NCBI GenBank assembly: GCA_030390025.1
Contig: JASTWF010000048.1
Coordinates: forward strand, 1,364,001-1,428,000
Source: Squalus acanthias
Taxonomy: Eukaryota
Reading direction: 5' to 3'
DNA: 64,000 nucleotides
This document shows positions 11,225 to 25,400 of the stretch, in pieces. Within the stretch, counting starts at the first letter, position 1; every line of letters begins with the position of its first letter. Both the position numbers and the translations under genes were made by a program. The notes under the pieces were generated by a model. It was not told the DNA's origin. It did no database searches and saw only the letters and a list, made by a program, of their open reading frames with translations.

Positions 11225-12520
11225 ACAGAAAGAAATAGCTTGCATTTCTGAAGCGCGTTTCACGACCTCAGAACGTCCCAAAGCGCTTTGCAACCAATGA
11301 ATTACTTTTGAAGTGTCGTCACTGTCGTAATATAGGAAACGCAGCAGACCAATCTGCGCACTGCGACATCTCACAAAGAGAAATGTAATGCATCAAAAGA
11401 TCATCTGTTTATAAGTGATTTAGTTTCAGGGAAAAATATTGGCCAGGACAACATGAGAAATACGACATAGTATGCGTGGGAAACTTTACGTCCACCTGAG
11501 AGGGAAAACTGGACCTAGATTTAACTCAGTCCTGCAGCTTCCGACATTGCAGCAACCTCAGAAATATCGCTCAAGAAGTGCAGCGCTCTCTCAGTACTGT
11601 CCCTCCGACAGTGCAGAGCTCGCTTCAGTACTACCCCTCCGACAGTGCAGTGCTCCCTTCAGTGCTACCCCTCCGACAGTGCAGAACTCCCTCAGTACTG
11701 CCCCTCAGACAGTGCAGAGCTCCCTCAGTACTGCCACTGCAAAAGTACAGCGCTCCCTCAGTACTGCTCCTCCGACAGTGCAGACCTCCCTCAGTACTGC
11801 CGCTCCGACAATGCAGAGCTCCCTAAGTACGTCCCCTCCAACAGTGCAGCGCTCCCTCAGTACAGACCCTCTGACAGTGCAGCTGACCCTCGGTCCTGTG
11901 ACTCCGATAGTGCAGCACCCACTCAGAAATGCCCCTCGAACAGTGCAGTGCTCCATCAGTACAGTCCCTCCGATAGTGCAGTACTCCCTCAGAACTGCCC
12001 CTTGGACAGTGCAGTGCTCCCTCAGTATTGACCCTCCAAAAGTGCAGCGCTCCCTCAGTACTGATCCTCCGACAGTGCAGCTCTACCTCAGTGAGCCCCC
12101 TCCGACAGTGCGGCGTTCCGTCAGTACTGCAATCTCCGACAGTGCAGCACTCCCTCAGTACTGCCTCTCTCACAGTGCAGCGCTTCCTCAGTACTGCACC
12201 TCCGACAGTACAGCTTTTCCTCAGTACTGCCCCTCCGACAGTTCAGCGCTCCCTCAGTACTGCCACTCCGACAGTACTGCCCTCTCTCAGTGCTGCCCCT
12301 CCGACAGTGCAGCGCTCTCTCAGTACTGCCCTTCTGACAGTTCAGCGCTCCCTCAGTACTGCCCCTCCGACAGCACTGCCCTCGCTCTGTGCTGCCCCTC
12401 CGACAGTGCAGCACTCCCTGATTTCTGCACTGAATTAACTTAAGTCGCTGGAGAGAGAAGCGAACCCACAACCTTCTGTCTCAGAGGCGCGAATGGTACA
12501 AACCCAATCGCAGCTGACAA
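11225..12520 (-). mobile_element. Deu-domain SINE with expanded 33-bp minisatellite (array ~11525-12430)
   Basis: SINE tail at ~11230, body, tandem array, then a tRNA-like head remnant (cgaacccacaacc..) at ~12450-12520. Confidence 0.75.
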
Positions 12521-14527
12521 TATAGGACATTAATCTACAAAGGTGCCTGAATACGTTTGTCACGTTTAACTACATGGGATCAGTGCAACAATCATGATTC
12601 GGTAATGAGACTTGTGAAGCACGGCTTCTGCAGTCGACAGTAAATGATGTCAGGGCTGAAGGACTTCAGTTGTGTGGATAGAGTAGAGAAGCTGAGATGG
12701 TTTTACTTGGAGTGGAGAAGGTTAAGGAGATATTCACCACAATGTTACCAGGATTGAGAGAATTCAGCAACGTGCAAATGCTGGAGAGTCTGGGAATTTA
12801 TTCTCCTTCGATCAGATGTGGCTAAAGGGGTAATTTAATGTGTTCAAACTGAACTAGAACACGGGGAGAAACTGTTTCCACTGGTAGGAGCGTCGGTAAG
12901 CAGAGCACTCAGATTGAGGATCATTGGCAAAATTACCCGAGGTGTAGATCAGAAGAATCATTTTAAGTCAGCGAGTTGTCATGATACAGAATGCACTGCC
13001 TGAAATTGCGATGGAAGTAAATTCAATCGTAAATTTGAAATGGGAATTGGCTATATAGTTCAAAGGGAACATAAATTAAGGGCTATTCGCTAAGAACAGG
13101 GGGTGGGATTAATTTTATAGGGGAGGCCAAAACTAATGGTCATAAAAATAACATAGTCACGAATACATCTACGAGGGAATTCAGGAGCAATCTATTTACC
13201 CAAAGAGTGATGAGAATGTTTAAATTGTTACCACAAGGAGAGGTTGAACGGAATAGTATAGATGCATTTTAAAAAAAAGCTATGTAAGGACATGAGCGAG
13301 AAAGGGTTAGAAGGACACGCTGACATGGTGAGATTAAAAGGGGTAGGAGGAGGATCATGTGGAACTAATTGGATAGCGCTATCTAACAGCAGGACCGGGC
13401 TCGATGAGCCGAATTGCCTCCTTCTGTGCTGTACCTTTAATGATTCTATAAAGAACACAATATTGTTGCGTCAAAGTTCCCTTCAGTTTCAGGCAGTGCG
13501 GGTTTAAGATCCTTATGCCCTAAATGAGAATGGAAGGTTTAAATTCTTCGCGGGGCTGCACTACTAATTTATTTGACAAATACATTAAATGGCATCAAGA
13601 GTCTGACAGACAGGTGGCTTAACGGTATTAAACAGACACTCAAACATCTGTCAGGATGCAGGTGTTCCAGTAAAAAACGGATCTGGAGCAGCATCTCGTA
13701 TTTGCACAGGGTGAAACATCGGTCACACGTTTAAAGGTTCAGAGATGAAGTATTTCCTAATTGTATGGGGTTGTGCCCATTAGAGCAGAGAAGGTTGAGG
13801 GGAGTTTTGAAAGAGGTGTTCAAAATCATGATTTTTTTTCATGCATTATGTAAGTAGAAATTGGATCCAGTGGCAAAAAGGGTCGATAAACAGAGGAGAC
13901 ATATTTAAGGTACTTAACAAAAGAACCAGAGCGAGAGATGAGTAGAATCGTTCTCCTCAGTGAATTGTTATGATCTGGAATGCGCTGCCTGAACGGTTGG
14001 TGAAGCAGATTCAATAGTCATTTTCAAAAGGTAGTTGGATAACTAATTGAAGCGGAATTATATTGTGCAATGAGGAACGGGTCAGGGGATTGTGATCAAT
14101 TGGATCCCAGAATGAAAAGGACATCCGAAATGTTGAAACAGCATTTTTAACAATTAATAATTTATAGTAATAATCTGATGCGAAAGAGAGTAAGAAGATG
14201 AATCAGTATGAATAAAAAAGTAATCCAATATATCTAATTTATTTGAACGGTATGATTAAAGAATAGCAAAGATAGATGATAAAACGATAGGTACATAGAT
14301 GGTAGATAGATAGATGTTGAGATAGATCGATCAGAGCTTGATAGATAGATCGATGACAGATGGATGCATCGATCGCAGATGGATAGTGATAGATAGATAG
14401 TTCGATAGATAGATAGATAGACAGAAAGACATATAGATAGATAAATGGGTAAAGAGACAGACAAACAGACTCACAGTCAGACAACGAGACAGATCTGTCT
14501 CCCACGGCTATTTCCTGCCGCCTTTGG

Positions 14528-14566
14528 GGTTTTTGTTGAGCTCCTTCATCTCTCTGAGTCACTGTG
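14528..14566 (-). other. 23-RSS of A2
   Basis: CACAGTG, 23-bp spacer, ACAAAAACC. Confidence 0.97.
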
Positions 14567-15475
14567 CAGACTCCAAGCGCAGTAATACACGGCCGAGTGA
14601 TTTGCTCGCAGACTGGTGGACTCCAGGTAGAAGTGGGTATCGTCGGGTCTCCTGGCGGTGAATCCATCCAACTCACCAGAGGGATTCACCACTTCGGCGA
14701 CGTTAGAATAGAAAAGGTTTTCAGGCTCCCTGTTGGGATGCCAGCGGTACCAGTAGAAATAAGTACCAGCTGTTGCTTTTGTGTAAAGGCACTGGATGCG
14801 AACTGGAGTGCCCGGGGAACTGGATATGGAAGCGGGAGTCTGTTCGATCAGCACGGCCCGCACATCTGTAACACAGAGAAAGAGATAGAGTGATAGTTAT
14901 AACCAGGGAGACATTGCATACAGACACCCAGCTTGAAGGAGCAGAGTAGGGGAGAGAGAGAGAGTGAGGGCTAGAGTGGGCGAGAGCGGCAGACAGACAC
15001 AGTGAAATGGAAATAGAGACAGAGACAATGATGGAGCGAGTGTGACAAAGAGAGAGAAAACGCGGGACAATCTAAACGTTGAAAGAGGACGAGAAGCAGT
15101 ACACAATGACAGAGCTATAGAAAAGAGAAAGAAAGGAAGAGAGGCACAGAGAATGAGTGACATTGAGACAAAGATTGAGAGGCTCGCAAAGCGTGAGAGA
15201 CAAGTGAAATATAAATGGACAGACAAGCAGTAAGACAGACTGAGAGAGATACAGCGGCAGAGAGCGAGAGTGCGGCAGAGTGAGTGAGAGGCAGAGAAAG
15301 GGAGACAGAGAGACAGAGAGAGCAAAATATAAACCGAGGTAGACAGAATCTACACCTGCCCGCAGTGTGAACTGACACACGGGGAAATAAACGTAAGGTG
15401 AGCAAAAATCTCACAGCCCAGCTGCACCTTACCCGTTAACAACAGCAACACAACCCAGAGCTGATGCACAGCCAT
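14567..15475 (-). CDS. TRBV: TCR V segment A2 (TRBV30-like), apparently functional
   Basis: Leader 15475-15433 MAVHQLWVVLLLLT. V exon 14865-14567 is open, with both Cys and the Trp present, ending YYCAWSL. Confidence 0.92.
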
Positions 15476-16699
15476 ATCTGGAGGGAGAAAGATCCGGGTG
15501 TTTAGAATGTGATATCACTGAGCCGTTTTATTGTGGAATATCACGAAGCTCTGAGCAATGAGTGGTATTTACTGTCCCCTCTTCTCCAATGTTAAACTTT
15601 CGGATGGGCGGGGCCAATCTCCCTTCAAATGTTCATTGGCTCCCACATCGGGCTTGGTCATTTCCGGGGAGGGGCTAATGACGACCCCGGATAATCGATG
15701 TTCTACCTCATCCCTTTGATGGCGGAGGCTGGGGTTCTTTAAGCCTGTAACAAACCCGAGGCTCCATCTGAGATACCAGTGATGTTGAGGGAGTGAGAAA
15801 AGGGAGTTATACTGTCTGTCTGACTCATTCTGCGGAGTAAATCTGCATCTAATCAGTGAGTGAGGGACTTTATTCTGTATCTCACCAGGGAGTGAGTGGC
15901 TTCACACGGAGATTACCCACTGACTGAAGGGCTTTACTCTTTATCTAATCAGTGAGTGGTGGACCTTACTCTTATCTAACTAATGGCTCATGTACTTTAC
16001 ACTGTATCTGACCTGTATATGATGGCATTCACTCTGTACCTAATCAATAATTGTTGGGCTTTACTCCGTACCTAACTAAAGGGTCATGGGTTTCACTTTG
16101 TATCTAACCAGTGAACGATGGGCTTCAATCTGTATGAGATCAATGATTCACGGGACCTACTCTGTATCAAATCACTGTATCAAACAGGGCTGCCCATGTA
16201 TCTAACCCGTGCTCTCACTTATCTAAACCGTGTTGACCGGATATCTAATCCGTGCTGCTCTTGTATTTAATCAGTTCCGTCCCTGTACCTATCCCGTACT
16301 GTCCCTGTATCTGACCCGTACTGTCCTTATATCTTACCTGTACTGTGCCTATACCTAAAACGTACAGGGCCTCTATCTAACACCTGCTGTCCCTGTATCT
16401 AATGTGTGCTGTTCCTGTATCTTCGGAGCGCTGTGCCTGTATCGAGACCCGTGCAGCCCATATATTTCATAATTTCAGTCCCTGTACCTATTCCCTACTC
16501 TCCCTGCATCTTACGGATCCTCTCCCTCTATCAAACCCGTACTGTCCGGTATCTAACGTGTGCTCTCCCTGTGTCTAACCCGTGCCGTCCCTTCTCACAC
16601 ACCAAACCCGCCCCACAGCCACCCATCGGCGCTGGATTGGCTCCACCCCCAGCGAAGCAGCGACTGGTTCGGTCCTGAGCTCCGTTCTCAGCTGCACCG

Positions 16700-16739
16700 G
16701 GTTTTTATTGCACCGTCCCGACTCTTTGTGTCAACTGTG
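16700..16739 (-). other. Altered RSS of B2
   Basis: CACAGTT, 24-bp spacer, ATAAAAACC (1-nt insertion at the heptamer edge). Confidence 0.8.
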
Positions 16740-17168
16740 CAATCGCCAGGCGCAATAATATACCCCCGAGTGGTTCGCTCGCAGGCGGGTCGATTGCAGG
16801 TGAAATGTGGAGTCGTCGGGTCTAGAGGCGGTGAAGCCGTCCACCTCTCCCGCCGGCTCGATGCGGTCGGTATTGGGAGAGTAGAAGAGCAGCAAGAGCT
16901 GTCCGTCTGGGAGCTGGCGGTACCAGGAAAACTCTGAGCTGAAGTTGCCCACCGCAGAACACGGATCTGCAGCGGCGAATGCAGTGAATGGGAGATTACA
17001 GGCGGATTTTGCTGAACTTTGCCGTTTGCTACACCTGCGAATAGTAGGAAAATGACTGGATTAAAACAGGGGGCCTTTCACAGTCGGAGCCAAACTGCGC
17101 CCAAGCAATGCCGAGAGAGACTTACTGTGCAAGAGCAGCACAAACACAAGACATCGGGATAAGTGCAT
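16740..17168 (-). pseudogene. TRBV: TCR V pseudogene B2
   Basis: Leader 17168-17126 MHLSRCLVFVLLLH. V exon 17034-16740 is 295 nt versus 296 in paralogs, from a 1-bp deletion just before the first Cys (~16961) that shifts the frame. Confidence 0.88.
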
Positions 17169-20100
17169 TTTGTTGTACAGTTTGCAGAAGAGAATCAAAC
17201 GGGGATTTTTCAAAAAATCTGCTCGCCTGGCGGCTGTGTGGCGGCTTTATGTAACTGCAGTTCTGTTTGATTGACTCAAGGCCCCGCCCCCTTACAGTCT
17301 GATTGGCGACTGTCGACATAACCCCGACCCCTCCCTGCTTCTCCCGACTCTTCACGCAACTGAAGTCCTTCATCCCTGATACCAGTCTGGAAAATCTCCC
17401 CTGCAACCTGTGTCTGCTCTGGACATCCGTCCGAAGGGGCGTTGCCCACGTTTGGATTCACTTTTCTTGCTGGGGCTGGAGAAACATATTTCTCAATTTC
17501 TAAAGATAGAAACAAAACGAACTATATTGTGAGGAAGTTGTTGCTCAATTCGATCCTGAGAGGGCACCAGAAATAAAACACTAAATTGGAGAAAATTGAT
17601 CTTCATCTTGGTAGTGTAATGCAATTCGGCGGGTGCTCGTTTAGCAAACAGTTCCGGTTCAGTCTTCAATCCGCTTCGGTTTGATTGGCATAGTGTCAGA
17701 GTCGGAAGTTGCAACGATTAGTTGCAAGCGCCCATGGAGCAAATAAACACATTTAGCAGCAAATACATTGTATTGGACCACATAATTCACCAGCTGATTT
17801 TGATGGTGTTTGAATCGTTACAGAATTATCTTTCTTCCTCTCTGTCTTTCTTTCTTCTTTCTTTCTTTCTTTCGCTTCTTTCTTTCTCTCCGTTTATTTT
17901 TGTTTATCTTTCATTTTATGTCACTTCCTTTCTTTCATCATTTATTTTTTTATTGCTGTTTTCTCTTCCTTTCTTACTTGCTTTCTCTCCGAGGCTCCAT
18001 GTAAGATGGCAGTAATGGTGAGGTGGTTAAACAACCTCTTTCTCCCTTTTTCTTTCCCACTTTCAATCTCTTTCTCTTTGACTTTCTTATTGGCTTTGTT
18101 TCCTGCTTTCATTCCATCGCTCCCTTTACTTTCTTTCTACTTTTATCATTAACATTGCCTTCTTGTCGTCTCCCTTCTCTTTCTTTCTAAATTAACAACA
18201 ACAACTTGCATTTATATAGCGCATTTAACGGAGTAAAACGTCCCAACGTTTTTCACAGGAGCGTTATCAAAAAAAATTGACAATGAGCCACTTAAGGAGA
18301 TATTGGAGTAGATGACCAAAAGCTTGGTTAAAGAGTGAGGTTTTAAGGGGCGTCTTAAAGGAACAATGAGGGGTAGAGAGGCGGAGAGGCTTAGCGAGAG
18401 ATTTCAAGTGCTGACGGCCTCGGCAGCTGAAGGCACTGTCGCCAATGGTGGAGCGATTAAAATCGGGATTGCGGAACATTCCAGAATTGCAGGAACGCAG
18501 ATATCTCGTACGGTTGTGGGGCTGGAGGGGGTTTAAGAGAGGGTCGGGCGAGGCTGCGGAGGAACTTGAAAGCAAGCATGAGAAATTTAAAATGGAGGCG
18601 TTGCTCAACCGGGAGCCAATGCAGGTCAGCGAGCACAGTGGTGATGGGTGAACGGAGCTTGGTACGAATTCGATTAGGGGCAGCACCGTTATATTGTAGG
18701 GAGGGTGTAAGATGGGAGGCCGGCCACTAGGGCGTTGGAACAGTGAAGTCTGGAGGTAACAACGGCATGAATCATCGTTTCAGCAGCGGAAGAGCTGGGG
18801 CAGGAGCAGAATCGGTGATGTTACGGAGGTTCAAGTAGACGGTCTTAGTGATGACGCGAAGTTTTGCAGTGGTGATCCCCAATGGTCAGTTTTGGATCCA
18901 TGAATCTTTGCAAGTGTTCGAAACAACCTTGGCTCGGGTGTAGGGAGCAGCATTATAAAGTTTGTCGATGATACGAAACTTGTCAAAGTTGCAGATAGTG
19001 ATGAGGATAGTTATAGGCTTCAGGTTGACATAGCCAGGACGGCTAAATCGGCAGAAGCATGGCAGATGGATTTCAATGTGGAGAAGGGTGAAGTGGTCCA
19101 CTTTGGAGCACTAATGTGGAAGGACAGTATACTATAAATGGCCCGATTTTGCAAAGTGTCGATGAGCAGATAAACCTTGGTGTCCATATACATCAATCCT
19201 TAAAGGTGGCAGGGTAATTGATAATGTGGATTAAAAATCAAATGGGTTACTTGGGTTTATAAATCAACCAGTAGAAAATAAAATCAAAGAGATGATACTG
19301 GAACTTTATAAAACACTGGTTCGGCGTCAGCTGGATTATTGTGGACAATTCTGGTACCAAACTGCAGGGAAGATGTAAAGGCCTTGGAAAGGGTACAGAG
19401 GAGGTTTACCAGGATGTTACCAGGGATGAGGGAATTAAGTTATGAGGAGAGGTTGGAAAAGATAGGCCTGTTCTCCTTGCAACAGAAAAGTTTTGGAGGT
19501 GACCAAATAGAAATTTTCAAGATGATGAGAGGTATTGATACAGAAATCTACCGAAATAGAAAAAACTATTCCCACTGGCGAGTGGATCAATAGCCAGAGG
19601 TCATAGATACTTAATCATTTGCAAAAGATCTAGAGGGTAGAAGAGGATAATTATTTTCACTCAGTGTTTTGTCTGCAGCTGAAATGCTTTACCTGCAATG
19701 GTGGTGGAAGCGGATCAATCAATAATTTTAAAAGGGAGTTGGACAGGTCCGGGAGGATGAGGAACTAACTGGATGATGGACAAAAACTGGGGATGTGAGA
19801 TGAAACAAAACTGCTCCTTCAAAGACCAAGCACATATACGAAGGGTCGAACCGCCTCCTTCCGTGCTGAAAGTTCATATAATTATCTATGTTGTCGGAAG
19901 TTGATCTCGGGGTCAAATATGACACCAAGATTGCTAACAGTTTGGTTCAGCCTCAGACAGTTGCCAGGGAGAGAGATGGACTCAGAGGCTAGGGAACATA
20001 ATTTATAGCGGGGACCGAAGACAATGTCGTCGTTCTTCCGAATAGTTAGTTGGAGGAAATTTCTGCTCATCCGGTACTGGATGTCGGGCAAGCAGTGCAG

Positions 20101-21232
20101 TCAATCAGAGACAGTGGAGTGAATGAGTGCGCTGGTGCTGAGTCAGAGATGTGTGTCGTCAGCGTACATGTGCAACCTTAGATTGTGTTTCCAGATGATG
20201 TCGCCGAGGAGCAACATTTAGATGAGAAATAAGGCGGAGGGCAAGCATAGATCCATAGGGGACTCCAGAGGTAACAATGCCGGAGCGGTGAATCAATCAC
20301 AATGTGCAGTTTGTACAGTTAATTATGCCAATCCAAAGACAGAGTGAAGGTAAATAAAATGGATTATTCATTGGGAGGATGCGCTGGTCAGACAACATCT
20401 CTAGAAAGCAGCAGACATGAGGAAGTCTAACTGTGTTTTTGTGCCAAATGTTCGGTAACTGAAAGGGTTAGAGAACCAGTGCAGTTGACCATTAAGGGGA
20501 CTCGTACATCTGCGGTGCCATTGCTACTTCTGTGTCAAAGCAGATCGTGGCAAAGCGACAGAGAAGCTACAGCGCCAGCTAGAGCAAGAAGCTGCAACTA
20601 GAATGAAATGGGACTTGTTAATTTTCAAGTACAAATGACTTGGTGGGTATTTTCAACTCATGGCCTGAAATTGACCCGCTTTCCAATTATTTTCTCATCT
20701 CCTACAGATGCTGACGATCTTAAATAGAATTACATCGAATTTACAGCACGGAATCCTGTCCAACTGTTTCATGCAGGGCTTTTTCCTCTACACGAGCCTC
20801 CTCCCACCTCACTTCTTCTCATCCTATCCGCAGAACTTTCTATTCCTTTCTCGCAGTGTCTTTTTCCAGCTTCTATGCTATTTGCCTCAATCAGTCCTTG
20901 TGGTAGCGAGTTCCACATTCTCACGTCTCTCTTTATATTGAAGTTAATTCTGAATTGCTAGTTGGATTTTGAACTGAGTATCTTATATAGTTGGCCCCTA
21001 TTTTTGATCAACCACTCAAGTAGAAACATCCTCTCTGCATCTATCCTATCAAGTCCCTCCATAATCTTAAAGTAATCCAATTGTGGTTTAACAACGCTAT
21101 ATGGAGACCAGCACTGTGTCCGGTATTCTAAGTGTGGTCTAAAGAAGTTACATGGAGATTAGAACTGAGTGCTCGGCGCTGTTCTCTGAAGCCTCTGTAA
21201 AGTTACACGAGTCTGACCGCAGTTCGTCTGAG

Positions 21233-21271
21233 GGTTTTTGTCGAGGCGGCGGATGAATCTGAACCGCTGTG
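21233..21271 (-). other. 23-RSS of C2
   Basis: CACAGCG, 23-bp spacer, ACAAAAACC. Confidence 0.95.
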
Positions 21272-22075
21272 TCCCAACAGTAGCTGCACAGAAATACACC
21301 GCCGCATCCGTGTGTTTAACGCTGTCGATCTTCAGAGTGGATTTCTTATTTTCGACAGTCCTCGTAATGGCAAACCCGCTCTCAAAACCCTCTCCATACT
21401 GAGCTTCACTGCTTAAATAAATAGACCCGATGTAGGTGAATCCTTGTCCAGCGGATTGCCGATACCACAGCATGTTAGTGCGGACTGTTCCATTCTGATA
21501 ACAATTTTACTCGGCCTCTCCTCGCGGATCAACAGTAATCGAAGTCGGCCACTGATGGATCACATCCGCCAATGAACAGTCTGAAAAAGAGGCGGCAGAG
21601 ATGATAAAAAACAATCTGATGTAATTGACAAACTCGTCTGGCGTTTCAAATTAAGCCCAGGGCGGAAAACCGGCATTGTGGAGCCGCCGATTTCCAAACA
21701 CCAGTTAAAATCAACCGGATAATTCTGGGATTATCACCAAATGAACAACAGAATGGCGATTATCCTACAGTTAGGTAAGAAAGAACGAGATTCCGCAAAC
21801 TTAAATTATAATGAGAACAATTAACGCATCAATAAATATTAAAACAGCTAAAATAACATTAAACGCCTTAAATTGTGTAAATGAAAATAAAATGTCGATT
21901 TAAATATTTGATTGCTCATAGATAATTGCTCGTTAATCATGATCGAATACCACAATGTAGATTAGTAAATATTTTTTTTTGAATGGAAGATACTAGTACA
22001 TCACTTATAATTCTTCAACATTATCTTACTCGGTGCCAGCAATAAAAGAGCAAAGGCCAACAAATTGAAAGGCAT
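21272..22075 (-). pseudogene. TRBV: TCR beta V pseudogene C2
   Basis: Leader 22075-22030 MPFNLLAFALLLLAP. V exon 21580-21272 has TTA>TAA (21509-21507) two codons before the first Cys. Confidence 0.9.
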
Positions 22076-22494
22076 CGTTGAGGGCGATCGAAGATCTAAT
22101 GCCCCGAATGAGGACTGACAGAGAGAGCGACGCTAATTATTACGCATATGCAAAATCCAAGGTCAGAACCGGATGATGCGTAGGGAAACAGAAAGAAAGA
22201 ACTTGCATTTCTGAAGCGCGTTTCAGGAAATCAGAACGTCTCAAAACGCTTTGCAAACAATGAAGTACTTTCGAAGTGTTGTTGCTGCCGTAATATAGGA
22301 AACGCGGCAAACCAATCTGCGCACAGCAAGATCTCACAAAGAGAAATGTGATACGTCAAAAGATAATCTGCTTTTAAGTCACTTTGTTTTAGGGAAACAT
22401 ATTGGCCAGGAAAACGCGAGAAATGCGAAATAGTATCCGTGAAAAACTTAACGTCCACCTGAGAGGTAAGGCAGAGCCTAGGTTTAATTACTGT

Positions 22495-25400
22495 CTCAAT
22501 ACTGCAGCTTCAAACGGTGCAGGACTCCTCTAGCACAGCCCCTGCTACAGTGCAGCGCTCCCTCAATACTGCCCCTCCAACAGTGCAGAGCTCCCTCAGT
22601 ATTACCCCTCCGACAGTGCAGAACTCCCTCAGTACTGCCCCTCCGACAGTGCAGATCTCCCTCACTACTGACCCTCCGACAGTGCAGCGCTCCCTCAGTA
22701 CTGCTCCTCCGACAGTGCAGCGCTCCCTCAGTACTACCCCTCCGACAGTGCAGCTCTCCCTCAGTACTGCTTCTCCAAAATGGCAGCGCTCATTCAGTAC
22801 TGCTCCTCCGACAGCGCAGAGTTCCCTCAGTACAGCCCCTCCAAAAGTGCAGCGCTCCCTCAGTACTGCTCCTCCGACAGTGCAGAGTTCCCTCAGTACT
22901 GCCCCTCCGACAGTGCAACGCTGCCTCAGTACTGCCCCTCCGACAGTACAGGGCTCCTTCGGTACTGCCTCTCTAACAGTGCAGCGCTGCCTCAGGACTG
23001 CCCCTCCGACAGTACAGCGTGTCCTCAGTACTGCATTTCTGAAAGTGCAGCGATCCCTCAGTACTGCCCGTCCAACAGTGCAGCGCTCCCTCAGTACAGT
23101 CGCTCCGACAGTACAGCGCTCCCTCAGTACAGTCGCTACGACAGTACAGCCCTCCCTCAGTACTCCCCTCTGACAGTGCAGCGCTCCCTCTGTACTGCCC
23201 CTCCAACAGTGCAGCACTCACTCAGTACTGCTCCTCCGACTTTGCAGCGCCCCCTCAGCACTGCCCCTCCGACAGTGCAGCTCTCCCTCATTACTGCCCG
23301 TACAACAGTGCAACACTAACTCAGTACCGACCCTCTGAAGGTGCAGCACACCCTCAGCACCACCCCTGCCACAGTGCAGCATTTCCCTCAGGGCTGCCCA
23401 TCCGACAGTCCAGCTTTCCCTCAGTGCTGCTCTCTTACAGGGGAGCCCTTCTTCAGTACATCCCCTCCGACAGTGCAGCACTCCCTTAATACTGCGCCTC
23501 CGAGACTGTAGCTTTCAATCAGAACTGCCACACCGACGGTTCAGCGCTCCCTCAGTATTGTCCCTCTGAGAGTGCAGCGCTCCCTCAGTACGTCCCCTAC
23601 AACAGTGCAGCACTCCCTCAGTACGGACCCTCCGACAGTACAGCGCACCATCAGTACTGCCCCTCTGACAGTGCAGCTTACCCTCAGTACTGTGACTCCG
23701 ATAGTGCAGCACTCCCTCAAAACTGCCCCTCGGACAGTGCAGTTCTCCCTCGGTACAGCCCCTCCGACAGTGCAGCGCTCCCTCAGTACTGCTCCTCCGA
23801 CAGTGCAGCACTCCCTCGGTACTGCTCATCTGAGTGCAGCGCTCCCTCAGTACTGCTCCTTCGACAAGGCAGCACTCCCTCAGTACTGCTCCTCCGACAG
23901 TGCAGCCCTCCCTCAGTAAGACCCCTCCGACAGTGCAGCGCCTTCTCAGTACTGCCTGTCCAACGGCACAGGGCTCCCTCGGTACTGCCTCTCTGACAGT
24001 GCAGCGCTGCCTCAGTACTGACCACACGACAGGACGGCGTTTCCTCAATACTGCCCCTCTGATAGTGCAGCGCTTCCTCAGTGCTGCCCCTCCAACAATG
24101 CAGCGCTCCCTCAGTAATGACCCTCCAACAGTACAGCCCTCCCTCAGGATTGCCCCCCTGGCTGTGCAGTGCCCCCTCAGTACTGCCCCTCTAAGAGTGC
24201 AGCGCTCCCTCAGTACTGCCCCTCCGACAGCGCAGCGCTCCCTCAGTACTACCCCTCCGACAGTGCAGTGCTCCCTCAGTACTATCCCTCTGACAGTGCA
24301 GCGCTCCCTCAGTACTGCGACTCCGACAGTCCAGATGTCCCTCAGTGCTGCAATCTGACAGGGCAGCCATCCGTCAGTACTAGCCCTTTAACATTGCAGC
24401 AATCCCTCAATACTGCCCCTCCGAGACTTTAGATCTCAATCAGAACTGCCCCACCGACGGTACAGCGCTATCTCATTACAGTCCCTCTGAGAGTGCAGCG
24501 CTCCCTCAGTATGTCCCCTCCAACAGTGCAGTGTGCCCTCAGTACTGTGCCTATGATAGTGCAGCTCCTCCTCAGTACTGTCCCTCCAACAGTTCAATGC
24601 TCTCCCAGTAATGCCCCTCCGACAGTGCAGTGCTCCCTCAGTATAGCCCCTCCGACAGGGCAGCTCTCCATCAATACTGCCCCTCCGACAGTGAAACACA
24701 CCCTCGGTCCTGCTCCGCTGAGTGCAGCACTCCTTCAGTACTGCTCATCCAACAGTGCAGCTCTCCCTAAGTACAGCCCCTCCGACAGTGCAGCTCTCCC
24801 TCAGTACAACTCCTCCGACAGAGCAGCGCCTTCTCAGTACTGCCCCTACAACAACACAGGGATCCCTCGGTACTGCCTCTCTGACAGAGCAGCGCTGCCT
24901 CAGTACTGCCCCCCCCCCCGACAGGACAGCGTTTCCTCAATACTGCCCCGCTGATAGTGCAGCGCTCCCTCAGTGCTGCCCCTCCAACAGTGCAGCGCTC
25001 CCTTAGTACGGCCGCTCCGACAGTGCAACGCTCCCTCAGTAATGCCCCTCCAACAGTACAGCCCTCCCTCAGGATTGCCCCCCTGGCAGTGCAGTGCCCC
25101 ATATACTCCCCCTCTGACAGTGCAGCGCTCCCTCAGTACTGCCCCCCCGACAGTGCAGCGCTCCCTCAGTACTACCCCTCCGACAGTGCAGTGCCCCCTC
25201 AGTACTGTCCCTCCGACAGTGCAGCGCTCCCTCAGTACTGCGACTCCGACAGTCCAGATTTCCCTCAGTGCTGCAATCTGACAGGGCAACCATCCGTCAG
25301 TACTTCTCCTACTGCAGCACTCCGTCAATACTGCCCCTCCGAGACTGTAGATTTCAATAAGAACTGCCCCACCGACGGTACAGCGCTATCTCGTTACAGT

